59,518 nucleotides of DNA from a virus (Duplodnaviria > Caudoviricetes). The notes beneath the pieces are model-generated. The model ran no database searches. It worked only from the letters and a program-made list of their open reading frames with translations, and had not been told where the DNA came from. The translations under genes and the position numbers were made by a program. Positions within the stretch are counted from its first letter, which is position 1; every line of letters starts with the position of its first letter. Of this stretch, positions 7,206 to 16,374 are shown piece by piece. The stretch spans positions 1-59,518 of IMG/VR virus record IMGVR_UViG_3300025122_000016; one strand, given 5' to 3'.

Positions 7206-7784
7206 ATGGCAAGCATTACAACAAGAGCGGGAAAGGGGTCACCATTAACCCACGATCAAGTAGATGACAACTTTGTTAACCTTAATGATGGAAAGATAGA
7301 ACTAATACAAAATGTTACAGCTACTGGCGTAACTATGGACAAGAGTACAGATTTTATTCTGTACCTTGACGCTGCCTCAAACACAACGAAGAAAATACTA
7401 GCTAGCAACTCTAGCTTTATTGAAAGAGCTATGGCGCTAAAGGCTATACCAGATACCATTGACTTATACACTGGAGATGGAATTGCTAGGATGGTAATAC
7501 CGAGCACCCTTGATGACTTGTATTTATTTTCAATAGGAGCGCATGTATTCACGGCTGGAAGTTCTGGATCGAACACCATCATGCTATACAACGAGACAAA
7601 GGCTGCTGATATGTTAACTTCCGGGGTAATTATTGAAGTATCTGAAACCGACTCAAGCACTTCAGGAACCCCTCCTGTTTTAAGTTCAGACAACAAAGTT
7701 AATACAGCAGATGTTTTAAGATTTGATGTTGATACTATATCAACGGGAGCGAAAGGGTTAGAAGTCAGGATGACCTTTAAGTAA
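7206..7784 (+). CDS. Tail fibre/appendage protein
   Basis: N-terminal TRAGKGSPLTHDQVDDNFVNLN anchor motif typical of fibre proteins; C-terminal beta domain. Confidence 0.7.
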   Translation: MASITTRAGKGSPLTHDQVDDNFVNLNDGKIELIQNVTATGVTMDKSTDFILYLDAASNTTKKILASNSSFIERAMALKAIPDTIDLYTGDGIARMVIPSTLDDLYLFSIGAHVFTAGSSGSNTIMLYNETKAADMLTSGVIIEVSETDSSTSGTPPVLSSDNKVNTADVLRFDVDTISTGAKGLEVRMTFK

Positions 7785-7963
7785 TGGAAGATGTAGAAAG
7801 ATTGCATCTTGAAATACCTAATGAGTACGGGGTGTTATTTGGTAGATATGTAGAATCATATGTAACAGATAGAGATCTGTTTGAGGGATTTGTTGCTTGG
7901 AAAACATTATCAATGGGCATTATCAGAACAATGGATGTTGTAGAGTTCAATAAAGATATTTAA
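7784..7963 (+). CDS. Hypothetical protein, 59 aa
   Basis: TAATG-coupled; MEDVERLHLEIPNEYG... Confidence 0.6.
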   Translation: MEDVERLHLEIPNEYGVLFGRYVESYVTDRDLFEGFVAWKTLSMGIIRTMDVVEFNKDI

Positions 7964-7965
7964 TT

Positions 7966-8175
7966 GTGGATATCGAAAAGGAGCTGTCCTCTTTGGATTC
8001 AAATTTCCAACAGAAGATAGCCGTTACCAAAAATGCTCTTATATCTAATTTCGGAAGTTTGATGGTGTATTACAATACTTTATACAAGGACAATTTCTTA
8101 GGATTTTCTATTTGGAAAAATGCTGTTTTTAGCAGTTTAAGAACACGAAGAGAAGTAGAACACGGGAGAGATTGA
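7966..8175 (+). CDS. Hypothetical protein
   Basis: 69-aa ORF in operon. Confidence 0.55.
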   Translation: MDIEKELSSLDSNFQQKIAVTKNALISNFGSLMVYYNTLYKDNFLGFSIWKNAVFSSLRTRREVEHGRD

Positions 8176-8176
8176 T

Positions 8177-8266
8177 ATGGTAGAATGGGCAAAAGAAAAC
8201 AAGATGTTAGCTGTAATCGCATGCATTATAGTTGTTTCCGTTCTTTGGCAGCTGTTTGCTGGGTAA
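8177..8266 (+). CDS. Tiny single-TM protein, 29 aa
   Basis: MVEWAKENKMLAVIACIIVVSVLWQLFAG; GGAGAG RBS. Confidence 0.5.
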   Translation: MVEWAKENKMLAVIACIIVVSVLWQLFAG

Positions 8267-8604
8267 TATTTTTAACAGGATGCATGAGTTTAAAGAAAGC
8301 GGGACTGATCGGAGCGGGAGCTCTAGTTCCAGGTGCAATTGCATCAGTTGCGAGTTCGGGGACTGCTCCTGTACTTCTGGCCTCTACGGTCGGTGCCTCT
8401 GTGACGAGTGTGGTTGCGGACGTGATGACCCAATCGAAAGGAGAAGCGATGAATGCAGCAGCTAGTTGTGCCCCAGATAATTTCTGGAGCTTGTTGGGAA
8501 GTATTGTGGAAATGGGAGGAATTTATCTCATTTTAATCGTATTAATTCCCATGATTTTGGGTTGGTTATTACCCGGTCCATTGGAGAGAAAGAAAAAGAA
8601 ATGA
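8185..8604 (+). CDS. Lipoprotein with C-terminal TM (u-spanin-like topology); start uncertain
   Basis: Lipobox FLTGC; C-terminal TM IYLILIVLIPMILGWLL then ERKKKK. Confidence 0.55.
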   Translation: MGKRKQDVSCNRMHYSCFRSLAAVCWVIFLTGCMSLKKAGLIGAGALVPGAIASVASSGTAPVLLASTVGASVTSVVADVMTQSKGEAMNAAASCAPDNFWSLLGSIVEMGGIYLILIVLIPMILGWLLPGPLERKKKK

Positions 8605-9458
8605 CCCTTACTATTTCTGTAGACTCTCATGCGCCTTCTGTTTCTATAGGGCCAGAGATGATTCCGGTGCCGGAAATATTCTGTGCAGTTAATGCAGATA
8701 AAGAAGATATAAGAAGAAATATGGAAGCTAACTTGAAGAAGGGAGTTCCTCAAGTTGTTCCTTATGAAACGCAATGGGATAAAACTGTCGCGTTAGTGGT
8801 AGGTGGGCCATCTCTAAACTCTACTCTTGACCTGTTAAAAGAGAAGCATAGAAATGGAATGCCGGTAATAACGGTGAATGGATCTTACAAGTATTGTATG
8901 GACCACGGTATAAGACCATCCGCTTTTGTTATGTTGGACAGCAGGGAATTTAACAATAGATTTGTTGATCCTCCGCACAAAGAGTGTAAATACTTTATAG
9001 CGTCCCAGTGTCATCCATCTGTTCTTGATAAATTAGATGGATATGATGCCTATCTTTGGCATACAGCAGGACAGGACGAGTATAAAGATATTTTAGATGA
9101 AGCGTATGGGGAAATGCATAAAGACTATTTTCCTATACTAGGAGGTTCCACGGTAACATTAAGGGCTATTCACTTAATTAGATTACTTGGGTTTCCAAAG
9201 TTTGAGGTTTTTGGTTTTGACAGTTGCATCATGGAAGAGCATCACGCTTATTCTCAACCAGAGAATAATGATGAAAAGGAGATTGAGATTCATGTTGCTG
9301 GAAAACAATTTTTGTGTACGGTAGCGCATTATCATCAAGCGAAGGAATTCGTTCAAATGGTCAGCGCCACCGGGGACCATTACGATATGATAATACACGG
9401 TGAGGGTTTGATATCCCACATTGTACGAAGCCCGGAAGCATTAAAGGAGGCAGCATAA
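8601..9458 (+). CDS. DUF115/MptE-like (Maf-type) protein
   Basis: VALVVGGPSL, ITVN, GIRPSAFVMLD, GGSTV, LGF..FEVFGFDSC...HAY motifs. Confidence 0.8.
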   Translation: MTLTISVDSHAPSVSIGPEMIPVPEIFCAVNADKEDIRRNMEANLKKGVPQVVPYETQWDKTVALVVGGPSLNSTLDLLKEKHRNGMPVITVNGSYKYCMDHGIRPSAFVMLDSREFNNRFVDPPHKECKYFIASQCHPSVLDKLDGYDAYLWHTAGQDEYKDILDEAYGEMHKDYFPILGGSTVTLRAIHLIRLLGFPKFEVFGFDSCIMEEHHAYSQPENNDEKEIEIHVAGKQFLCTVAHYHQAKEFVQMVSATGDHYDMIIHGEGLISHIVRSPEALKEAA

Positions 9459-9902
9459 ATGGCGGCTACTGCATGGAGTTTTTACAATAGTTTTAAAGAT
9501 AAATTAGGGAATGCGCTATTTGATCTAAACGCTACTACCTACGATTATAGTATGGCATTGTTTACTAATAGTGCTAGCACCAATGCTAACAATGTAGCGT
9601 TATCTACTTATGCGTCTATCGGAAACGAAGTGGCGGGTAGTTATGGCTATGCTACTGGCGGAGTGTCTGTATCAGGAAGGACGTGGACTTCGGTAGCAAC
9701 CAATAAGTTTAGATGGGATGCTACAGCCGTAGTTTGGACCGCAACAGGCGGTGATATAGCTGATATCAAATACGCTATTATCTACAAGTCTGGCGGAGCT
9801 TTGGTTTGCTTTTCCAAACTATCGACATCTCATTTTACTTTGACTGCTGACAACACGTTGACTATAACTCCAAATGCCAATGGCATCTTTGAGTTGAGTT
9901 AG
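9459..9902 (+). CDS. Virion structural protein
   Basis: MAATAWSFYNSFK...W.ATGG.I...KYAIIY...LTITPNANGIF pattern of phage structural proteins. Confidence 0.65.
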   Translation: MAATAWSFYNSFKDKLGNALFDLNATTYDYSMALFTNSASTNANNVALSTYASIGNEVAGSYGYATGGVSVSGRTWTSVATNKFRWDATAVVWTATGGDIADIKYAIIYKSGGALVCFSKLSTSHFTLTADNTLTITPNANGIFELS

Positions 9903-9912
9903 GAGAGACTAA

Positions 9913-10134
9913 ATGGGAATCGAATCAGCCACATATATTTCACAACTTAGCTCTACTAATCCGCTAGGCACAGACCCTGTTTCAGAGGGTGATCAACATT
10001 TGCGTTTAATCAAGTCTGTTTTGCAGTCTCAGTTTACTAACCTTGGCGCGGTCGCGGTTACTGTAGATGCAGCTACATTAAATACTAACCCTAATGCAGC
10101 CGCTGTAGCCATGGCGATTGCCCTCGGAGGATAA
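9913..10134 (+). CDS. Short fibre adaptor protein
   Basis: GIESATYISQL..TNP.GTD..SEGD.HLRLIKSVL anchor; C-terminal AMAIALGG. Confidence 0.65.
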   Translation: MGIESATYISQLSSTNPLGTDPVSEGDQHLRLIKSVLQSQFTNLGAVAVTVDAATLNTNPNAAAVAMAIALGG

Positions 10135-10137
10135 CCT

Positions 10138-10494
10138 ATGGCTAATGACTTTCAAATACAAGCAGCACAGTTAACAACTTCGTTTGCCTCTTTTGTTCCG
10201 GGTATAGATACAGCAACGACGAATCAAACTGTACACGCTATTTATTTTTCAAATATAACTACCTCTTCGGTGGATGTTTATTTGAGACTTTACGACAACG
10301 ACACTCCCACGGCTATAACAGGTGGTTATATTTTGTTCAAAGTTCCCGTGCCAGCTAGTAGCACTCTAGTAATAGAAAAGCCTATAAATTTAGTTTGTAG
10401 CGCTACTGCTTCTGAAACAAGAACATTGTGGGCAAAAGCTTCGGTTGGAACAGCAATTGATGCAGTGGCGAGCGTTTTGGTAATGACAGCATAG
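10138..10494 (+). CDS. Virion structural protein (small beta-sandwich)
   Basis: MANDF...VPVPASSTLVIEKPINL; follows the AMAIALG protein. Confidence 0.6.
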   Translation: MANDFQIQAAQLTTSFASFVPGIDTATTNQTVHAIYFSNITTSSVDVYLRLYDNDTPTAITGGYILFKVPVPASSTLVIEKPINLVCSATASETRTLWAKASVGTAIDAVASVLVMTA

Positions 10495-10505
10495 GTGATT
10501 AAACA

Positions 10506-11477
10506 ATGGCATATTTAGGACAAGTAGATAGAAAAGCTAGTAACGTCCAAGTCTTCAATGTCGATTCTTCCACCTCTGCTACGCATAACATAGGATGGAC
10601 GCCTCCAAGCGAACAGACCATAATCGTTACTATTAATGGTGTGAAGCAACACACAAATGCATATAGCTTTAGTGGTGCTGTTCTAACTCTAAGTTCTGCT
10701 TTGGTTACAACAGACGAACTAGAAGTTATAGGTATTAATGACATTGGTAATTCATTAACTCCGGTAGATGGATCAGTTACTACTTCTAAGTTAGGAGATG
10801 ATGCAGTAACCCTAGCTAAGATGGCTGGACTTGCAAGAGGGAAAATCATTGTGGGTGATTCTTCTGGTGATCCATCTGCTTTGACGGTTGGTTCAGCTAA
10901 TCAGGTATTGAAGAGTGATGGAACTGATGCTGCATGGGGCGCAGATGTTGGTGGATCATTAGTTTACCTTGCAAGTTCTCGATCAACTGTGGATGCTGCG
11001 ACTGTAGATTTTCAAGGGTTCAAAAGTACAGATTATTTATTTTATCTTATTACTGGATTTATGACACCAGTTACAGCCAATGTTCAGTTAAGTATGCGGC
11101 TCATGGATGGAGCGTCGGAAATAACCACAAGTAATTATCTTTACATTCGGGGCGGAGTTGACAGCGATGGAACTGGTGTTTATGACAACAGTACTACTAA
11201 TGATAATTGGTCGTTAGCTGCCAATGTTGGCACTCAAGGCCCTGCGATGTTTTCATTACAACTTCATTTTCAGGATGCAACTGATGATGGTTGGGATGGT
11301 GCTTTACTTGTTGGAAATCTAGGACATATATTATCAGCCACTGGTGATCCTGTAGAACGCACAGTCTATGGGAACTATGGTGTTGATAATGCCGATCTTG
11401 ATGGTATTCGATTTTATCATAATAGTGGGGATATTGATTACCACAAAATTGTTGTCTACGGAATGAAGGGTAGCTAA
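10506..11477 (+). CDS. Tail fibre protein
   Basis: MAYLG start, V.INGVKQ...YS.SG.LTL module, DGSVTTSKL.DDAVTLAK repeats, C-terminal head ending VYGMK. Confidence 0.75.
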   Translation: MAYLGQVDRKASNVQVFNVDSSTSATHNIGWTPPSEQTIIVTINGVKQHTNAYSFSGAVLTLSSALVTTDELEVIGINDIGNSLTPVDGSVTTSKLGDDAVTLAKMAGLARGKIIVGDSSGDPSALTVGSANQVLKSDGTDAAWGADVGGSLVYLASSRSTVDAATVDFQGFKSTDYLFYLITGFMTPVTANVQLSMRLMDGASEITTSNYLYIRGGVDSDGTGVYDNSTTNDNWSLAANVGTQGPAMFSLQLHFQDATDDGWDGALLVGNLGHILSATGDPVERTVYGNYGVDNADLDGIRFYHNSGDIDYHKIVVYGMKGS

Positions 11478-11478
11478 T

Positions 11479-11739
11479 ATGGCAAGATATAAAATGGTAA
11501 ATGGTGAGCGCATTCAGTTTACTCCAGAAGAAGAAGCCGCCAGAGATGCAGATGAGTCTCAAGCTGCCATAGAGCAAGCCGCTATAGACGCTGATCACAC
11601 TTGGAAGCGTAAAGCAGAATACCCATCAATAGATGAACTGGTAGTCGCTCTTTGGGAAGGTGTGGTTGAAGAAAGAATGGCTGCAGTGACGCAACTAGAA
11701 GGTGCGCGTCAGGCAGTTAAAGCTAAGTATCCTAAGTGA
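11479..11739 (+). CDS. Fibre assembly chaperone-like protein
   Basis: YKMVNGERIQFTPEEEAAR...RKAEYPSI...VKAKYPK. Confidence 0.7.
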   Translation: MARYKMVNGERIQFTPEEEAARDADESQAAIEQAAIDADHTWKRKAEYPSIDELVVALWEGVVEERMAAVTQLEGARQAVKAKYPK

Positions 11740-11900
11740 GCTTTATAGTAGGGATAGCAAGGATAGCCCATTGGTTTCTAATCCCGTTCTTAGTTATATG
11801 GATGACAATAGCACCAGACGATATGCTGCCTAATTGCTTGATAGAAGCAAAAGCATACATCTCAGACAAATATAGAGGAAGTTATTTTGGCAACGACTAA
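11736..11900 (+). CDS. Small TM protein, 54 aa
   Basis: GTG start overlapping the upstream stop; hydrophobic N-terminal half. Confidence 0.45.
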   Translation: MSFIVGIARIAHWFLIPFLVIWMTIAPDDMLPNCLIEAKAYISDKYRGSYFGND

Positions 11901-12537
11901 AATTGAAGCATCAAACATAGCAACGGGGGCAGTCCCTTCTACGGGGTTTACCTCTGTACAAGTGTTTACTGCAGCGTCTACATGGACTAGACCTACTGAC
12001 ATTACCAAGGTAATAGTTGAGGTTCAAGGTGCTGGAGGTGGTGGTGGAGGCGGCTCCACATCCAAAGGAGACGGAGGAGGCGGTGGTGGCTATGCTAAAA
12101 AATTCTTGGATGTATCTAATACCACGACAGCAACTGTCACCATAGGAGGCGCTGGTACTGGAGGTGCCTCTACTGCAAATGGAGTTGCTGGTGGATTGTC
12201 AAAGTTTGAGGAAAATGCAGGATCAGGAGGTTGGGCAGATGTAATTGGTAATGGAGGAGCTCTTGGCCAAACAAACAATGCTGGTGGGGGCGCTGGCGGT
12301 ACTGGAACGGGTGGTGACTTTAATATCACGGGCGGTTCAGGCGGTGGTCAGACAAACGAAAATAACACTGGAGGCGGTTCACAATTTTCTTCCATGCACT
12401 ATTCTATTACAGGCAGTGCAAATCCACCAACCGCAACACCCGGTTATGGTGGTGGCGGGGAAGGTAGTCGTGGAACAACTGGCTATAGCGGCGCTGCAGG
12501 AACAGCCGGAATAGTTATCGTTTGGGAGTATAAATAA
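11887..12537 (+). CDS. Glycine-rich fibre-tip protein, paralog 1
   Basis: VFT...TWTRP..ITKVIVEVQGAGGGG...KFLDVS...GIVIVWEY. Confidence 0.8.
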   Translation: MATTKIEASNIATGAVPSTGFTSVQVFTAASTWTRPTDITKVIVEVQGAGGGGGGGSTSKGDGGGGGGYAKKFLDVSNTTTATVTIGGAGTGGASTANGVAGGLSKFEENAGSGGWADVIGNGGALGQTNNAGGGAGGTGTGGDFNITGGSGGGQTNENNTGGGSQFSSMHYSITGSANPPTATPGYGGGGEGSRGTTGYSGAAGTAGIVIVWEYK

Positions 12538-13196
12538 TGGCATTAACTAAAGTAGGTTCTGGAGTTATTCAAGATGATGCCGTTGGTATCGCTAATTTAG
12601 GAGCGACTGGGACCGCATCAGCAACGACATTCCTTCGTGGAGACAATGCGTGGGCTAGTGCTGCGGCAGGACTTAACTCTGCTCAATTTTTTACCTCTAG
12701 TGGAACGTGGACTAAACCAACAGGAATTACTAAAGTAATTATGTATGTTACTGGTGGTGGTGGTGGGAGTAAAACGAGTGCCTCGGCAGACGATACCTCT
12801 GGTGGTGCAGGAGCAACGGCAATTAAATTTTTAGATGTATCCAGCATCTCAACATCGACGATAACAGTGGGCGCGGCTGGAGATGGGCAAAGCACACCAA
12901 CAGCAGGGGGTAATTCTATTTGGTCAGATGGGACCAATACCATCACTGCGAATGGTGGTACGCAAGGAAATGCTACTAATACTCCGGGCGCACAAGTGAC
13001 GGCAACGGGCGGTGATATAAATATTCCCGGATCGCAAGGGACAAATTCTCCACAAGATAACGGGAAACCCTCTTTTTGGGGTGGTGGAACTTATCGGGCG
13101 AATGGAACAATTTATGGAGAGGGTGGCCCCGGCCAATATCAACAAACAGGTTACGACGGTGGGCCGGGAATTGTATTAGTTTGGGAGTATAAATAA
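12537..13196 (+). CDS. Glycine-rich fibre-tip protein, paralog 2
   Basis: MALTKV..., ATTFLRGDNAW linker, FTSSGTWTKP...GIVLVWEY. Confidence 0.8.
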   Translation: MALTKVGSGVIQDDAVGIANLGATGTASATTFLRGDNAWASAAAGLNSAQFFTSSGTWTKPTGITKVIMYVTGGGGGSKTSASADDTSGGAGATAIKFLDVSSISTSTITVGAAGDGQSTPTAGGNSIWSDGTNTITANGGTQGNATNTPGAQVTATGGDINIPGSQGTNSPQDNGKPSFWGGGTYRANGTIYGEGGPGQYQQTGYDGGPGIVLVWEYK

Positions 13197-13642
13197 TGCC
13201 TTATTTAGGATTTGAACCAACATTCGGAGAATACCCGAATCAGATATTTGCAGGAACTGCTACTGGGCCTAATGGATCGAGGACAGACTTCACAATGACA
13301 TACGCTCCATCAAACAGTGCATCGGTTCTGGTGACGCTGGCTGGAGTAAAGCAGATGACCAACGCTTACAGTGTAAATGGCACGACCCTTACGATGACTG
13401 CTGCTCCTGCTGCAGACGACCCATCAGGGACAAACAGTATGGAGCTGGTCTTCTTAGGGCTAAGGGCTGATACAATTCAGCCTGATGAAACTTTAGGCAC
13501 AGACGCAATCATGAGGTATAACGGAAACACAATATCTGAAAACATAACAGTAACGGCTGCACAGAATGCAATGAGCGCAGGACCAATTACCATTGCAGAC
13601 ACTTACATAGTTACTGTCGATGGTAACTGGAGCATCGTATGA
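13196..13642 (+). CDS. Fibre adaptor protein
   Basis: MPYLG start, LVTLAGVKQ...YSVNGTTLT module, C-terminal NAMSAGPITI...VTVDGNWSIV. Confidence 0.7.
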   Translation: MPYLGFEPTFGEYPNQIFAGTATGPNGSRTDFTMTYAPSNSASVLVTLAGVKQMTNAYSVNGTTLTMTAAPAADDPSGTNSMELVFLGLRADTIQPDETLGTDAIMRYNGNTISENITVTAAQNAMSAGPITIADTYIVTVDGNWSIV

Positions 13643-14256
13643 GCACACTAGAAGTTGGAAAGATTGTTCCAGCAACAGGGACTGCAATAACATTAGGGGA
13701 TTCAGGTGATACTTTCACCATACCAGCAAGTGCAACGCTGGATGTTAATGGAATTATCGACTTAACTGGGGCTACCAAAACTAGCTTTCCTTCTATAACA
13801 ACTGCAAGTCAGTGGAGATTGACTACAGATTTTACTGGAGGGGTAACTCCTATTGCAACCAATCTTGAAGAGGTTGATGGTCCTGTCGGTTTTGGTGTTC
13901 TTGGGTCTTCAATGACGCAATCAAGCGGTATTTTTACGTTCCCCAGCACTGGATACTGGATGATTAAGTTTGATACTGTAAGTTCAGCCGCAGCACGGGT
14001 TGCTTATAATAAGTCAATTATTATGACTACAACGAATGATTCAACTTATGTTGAGGCGGCATGGGCTATGGCATTTAATGTTTCTAGTCCAGCAACTTAC
14101 TCTAGTAGTTCTGTTGTTTACATCATGGATGTCACCAGCACATCAACTCATAAAGTTAGATTTGATGTTGCCGTAGCTTCTGGTACAACTACTTGGATGG
14201 GAGACACGGATCACAACGAAACTTGTATGACTTTTATAAAATTAGCGGATACCTGA
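13639..14256 (+). CDS. Fibre protein with C1q/TNF-like head
   Basis: MSTLEVGKIVP start; SGIFTFPSTGYWMI, T.MTFIKL terminus. Confidence 0.7.
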   Translation: MSTLEVGKIVPATGTAITLGDSGDTFTIPASATLDVNGIIDLTGATKTSFPSITTASQWRLTTDFTGGVTPIATNLEEVDGPVGFGVLGSSMTQSSGIFTFPSTGYWMIKFDTVSSAAARVAYNKSIIMTTTNDSTYVEAAWAMAFNVSSPATYSSSSVVYIMDVTSTSTHKVRFDVAVASGTTTWMGDTDHNETCMTFIKLADT

Positions 14257-14257
14257 T

Positions 14258-14533
14258 ATGAAACCAGAACACATTGAAGACGTATTGGTACATTTACATT
14301 CTGGTCAATGGTTTGGCTGGTCAGACTCTAAGAACAAGGTTTATGACAATTTAGTTATTCACAGCGATGACGAGAAGCCAACACAAGAATGGTTAGAATC
14401 AGAATTAACTCGACAGCAAGACGCATATGACGCAGAGCAAGTAGCAAAGCAAGAAAGGTTGGCTTCTGCTAAATCAAAACTTGAGGTTCTTGGACTCACA
14501 ACTGAAGAAGTTAAAGAAGCATTCGGGATATAA
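14258..14533 (+). CDS. Fibre chaperone-like protein
   Basis: KPT..W...; C-terminal SAKSKLEVLGLTTEEVKEAFGI. Confidence 0.7.
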   Translation: MKPEHIEDVLVHLHSGQWFGWSDSKNKVYDNLVIHSDDEKPTQEWLESELTRQQDAYDAEQVAKQERLASAKSKLEVLGLTTEEVKEAFGI

Positions 14534-14536
14534 ACT

Positions 14537-15256
14537 ATGGTATCTACAGTAAAAGTTGATGTAGTAGCTCCAAGAGTAGCTACCGGAACAACCACACTAG
14601 GAGTCAGTGGTGATAAGTTGCTTGTGCCTTCTGGTGTCACAATAACAAACTCTGGAACAGCTACTGGGTTTGTTTCTGGATTCACTTCGGTTCAGAAATT
14701 CACAGCGAGTGGAACGTGGACTAAACCTGCTGATATAACTAAGATATTAGTTTTTATTACTGGCGGTGGTGCGGCTGGAACGTATATATCTGGTTCTGAT
14801 GGTCAAGGGGGTGGTGCTGGTGGTACAGCAATAAAATTCCTTGATGTGAGTGCAATTTCTTCTGTGGATGTAACTATTGGATCTGGTGGACTAGATACTG
14901 GTGTAGGTGCATCTCCATCTTTCGGTAATGCGGGTGGAGCGTCTGCTTTCGGTGTTGCTCCTGCTACCGTTCATTGCACGGCTGGTGGGGGTGCAATCGG
15001 TACGACTCAGCAAGTGCCCGGCGTTGGTGGTGTAGGGGCTAGTGGAGATTTAGACATCAAAGGAGGCATGGGGTCTTATGCTGGGTTTGGCAATGGCGGG
15101 TCTAGTTTCTGGGGAGGCGGTACTTCCGAAGGTTACAATGGCGGATATACAAGTCCTGTAGGTGTAGGGGCGTTTGGTTCTGGCGGTGGTGGGGCAAGAG
15201 ATGTGGCTGCTGGCGATGGCGCGGATGGAGTATGTTTTGTGATGGAGTTCAAATAA
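14537..15256 (+). CDS. Glycine-rich fibre-tip protein, paralog 3
   Basis: FTASGTWTKPADITKI...KFLDVS...GVCFVMEF. Confidence 0.8.
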   Translation: MVSTVKVDVVAPRVATGTTTLGVSGDKLLVPSGVTITNSGTATGFVSGFTSVQKFTASGTWTKPADITKILVFITGGGAAGTYISGSDGQGGGAGGTAIKFLDVSAISSVDVTIGSGGLDTGVGASPSFGNAGGASAFGVAPATVHCTAGGGAIGTTQQVPGVGGVGASGDLDIKGGMGSYAGFGNGGSSFWGGGTSEGYNGGYTSPVGVGAFGSGGGGARDVAAGDGADGVCFVMEFK

Positions 15257-16023
15257 TGGCTAGTACAATTAGAACAGACAAGATAGGGCCAGCAGATGGC
15301 TCTGCTGATTTTACTCTCCCAACTGCAGACGGAAGTGCAGGGCAGTTTATAAAAACTGATGGATCAAAAGCCCTCAGTTTCGCTACAGTTACTGAAACTG
15401 GATTTCTTGGTGTGGTAGTTTACACAGCAACAGGCACTTACACTCCGGGTAATACTACAAATGGAACTGCTGGTGATGAAGGCAGTGCAACTGTTTCTAA
15501 GATTATTGTAGAGGTATTGTCTGCAGGGGGAGGCTCTGGTTCATGTGGAGCGGCGGGTACTTCTGGTGGTGCTGGCGGTGCAGGCTCGTATGCGTTGAAG
15601 GTTTTGGATATAGGAACTGATAGAGCTGTTATAACTACATGTACTCCAACTGTTGGTGCGGCAGGAGCCGCTGCAAGTTATGCCGGTTCTGAAGCGGGTG
15701 CTACTGGAGGCGCGTCTTCATTTGCAAAGGCCACTGGAAGCGGGTCATTTACAACTGTTGCAACTTTTGGTGGAGTGGGTGGCACATATAACACTTATAC
15801 TCCCGGCGCTGGTGGAGCAGCGCCAACTACTGGCGATATAAATTTAGCAGGATGCGGGGGGTATAACGTGAATTCAGGTGGTGATTCTCAATATGGTTGG
15901 GGCGGTAGACCAGACCCAAACCCCGGGACAGGTTATGGTACTGGTTCAGCAAGTGGTTCTGGGACTAATACAAATGGTATACCCGGCAAGGATGGAATTA
16001 TAGTGATTTGGGAGTATGCATAA
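15256..16023 (+). CDS. Glycine-rich fibre-tip protein, paralog 4
   Basis: MASTIRTDKI..., TLPTADGSAGQFIKTDGS linker, ...GIIVIWEY; TAATG-coupled start at 15256. Confidence 0.8.
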   Translation: MASTIRTDKIGPADGSADFTLPTADGSAGQFIKTDGSKALSFATVTETGFLGVVVYTATGTYTPGNTTNGTAGDEGSATVSKIIVEVLSAGGGSGSCGAAGTSGGAGGAGSYALKVLDIGTDRAVITTCTPTVGAAGAAASYAGSEAGATGGASSFAKATGSGSFTTVATFGGVGGTYNTYTPGAGGAAPTTGDINLAGCGGYNVNSGGDSQYGWGGRPDPNPGTGYGTGSASGSGTNTNGIPGKDGIIVIWEYA

Positions 16024-16073
16024 TGAGCTACGGGCTTAACACAGAAGAAGTTAAAGACGAATTTGGACTATAG
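16023..16073 (+). pseudogene. C-terminal remnant of a third chaperone gene
   Basis: MSYGLNTEEVKDEFGL* matches the end of 14258..14533 (GLTTEEVKEAFGI), including DNA GAAGAAGTTAAAGA. Confidence 0.65.
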
Positions 16074-16079
16074 GAGATA

Positions 16080-16370
16080 TTGATGGCACATGCAAATTAC
16101 GCAGTAGTTGAAAGCGGAACAGTAACAAATATGATTGTGGTGGACGAAGATGTTGGATTTGAAATGGATGGGGCCGATGTGGTCAAGGCTACTAGCGACG
16201 CTAGGATTGGCGGAAGCTGGGATGGAAATGTTTTTTCATTTGTCGAGCCCCCAGTTCCTGAGCCTTCTGCTGAAGAAGTTGCTCGTGCTGCTAAGTTAGC
16301 AAGCGCTAAAGAGAAGTTAGCTGCATTAGGTCTAGACTTAGAAGAGATTTCAGCAGCTTTCGGAATCTAA
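16080..16370 (+). CDS. Fibre chaperone-like protein
   Basis: NYAVVESG.V.N.IV...IGGSWDG..F; C-terminal SAKEKLAALGLDLEEISAAFGI. Confidence 0.7.
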   Translation: MMAHANYAVVESGTVTNMIVVDEDVGFEMDGADVVKATSDARIGGSWDGNVFSFVEPPVPEPSAEEVARAAKLASAKEKLAALGLDLEEISAAFGI

Positions 16371-16374
16371 TTAA

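Noticed and set aside
11887-16023. Diversity-generating retroelement or invertible shufflon behind the fibre paralogs
   Set aside because: No reverse transcriptase or site-specific recombinase, no TR/VR pair differing at adenines, all cassettes co-oriented.
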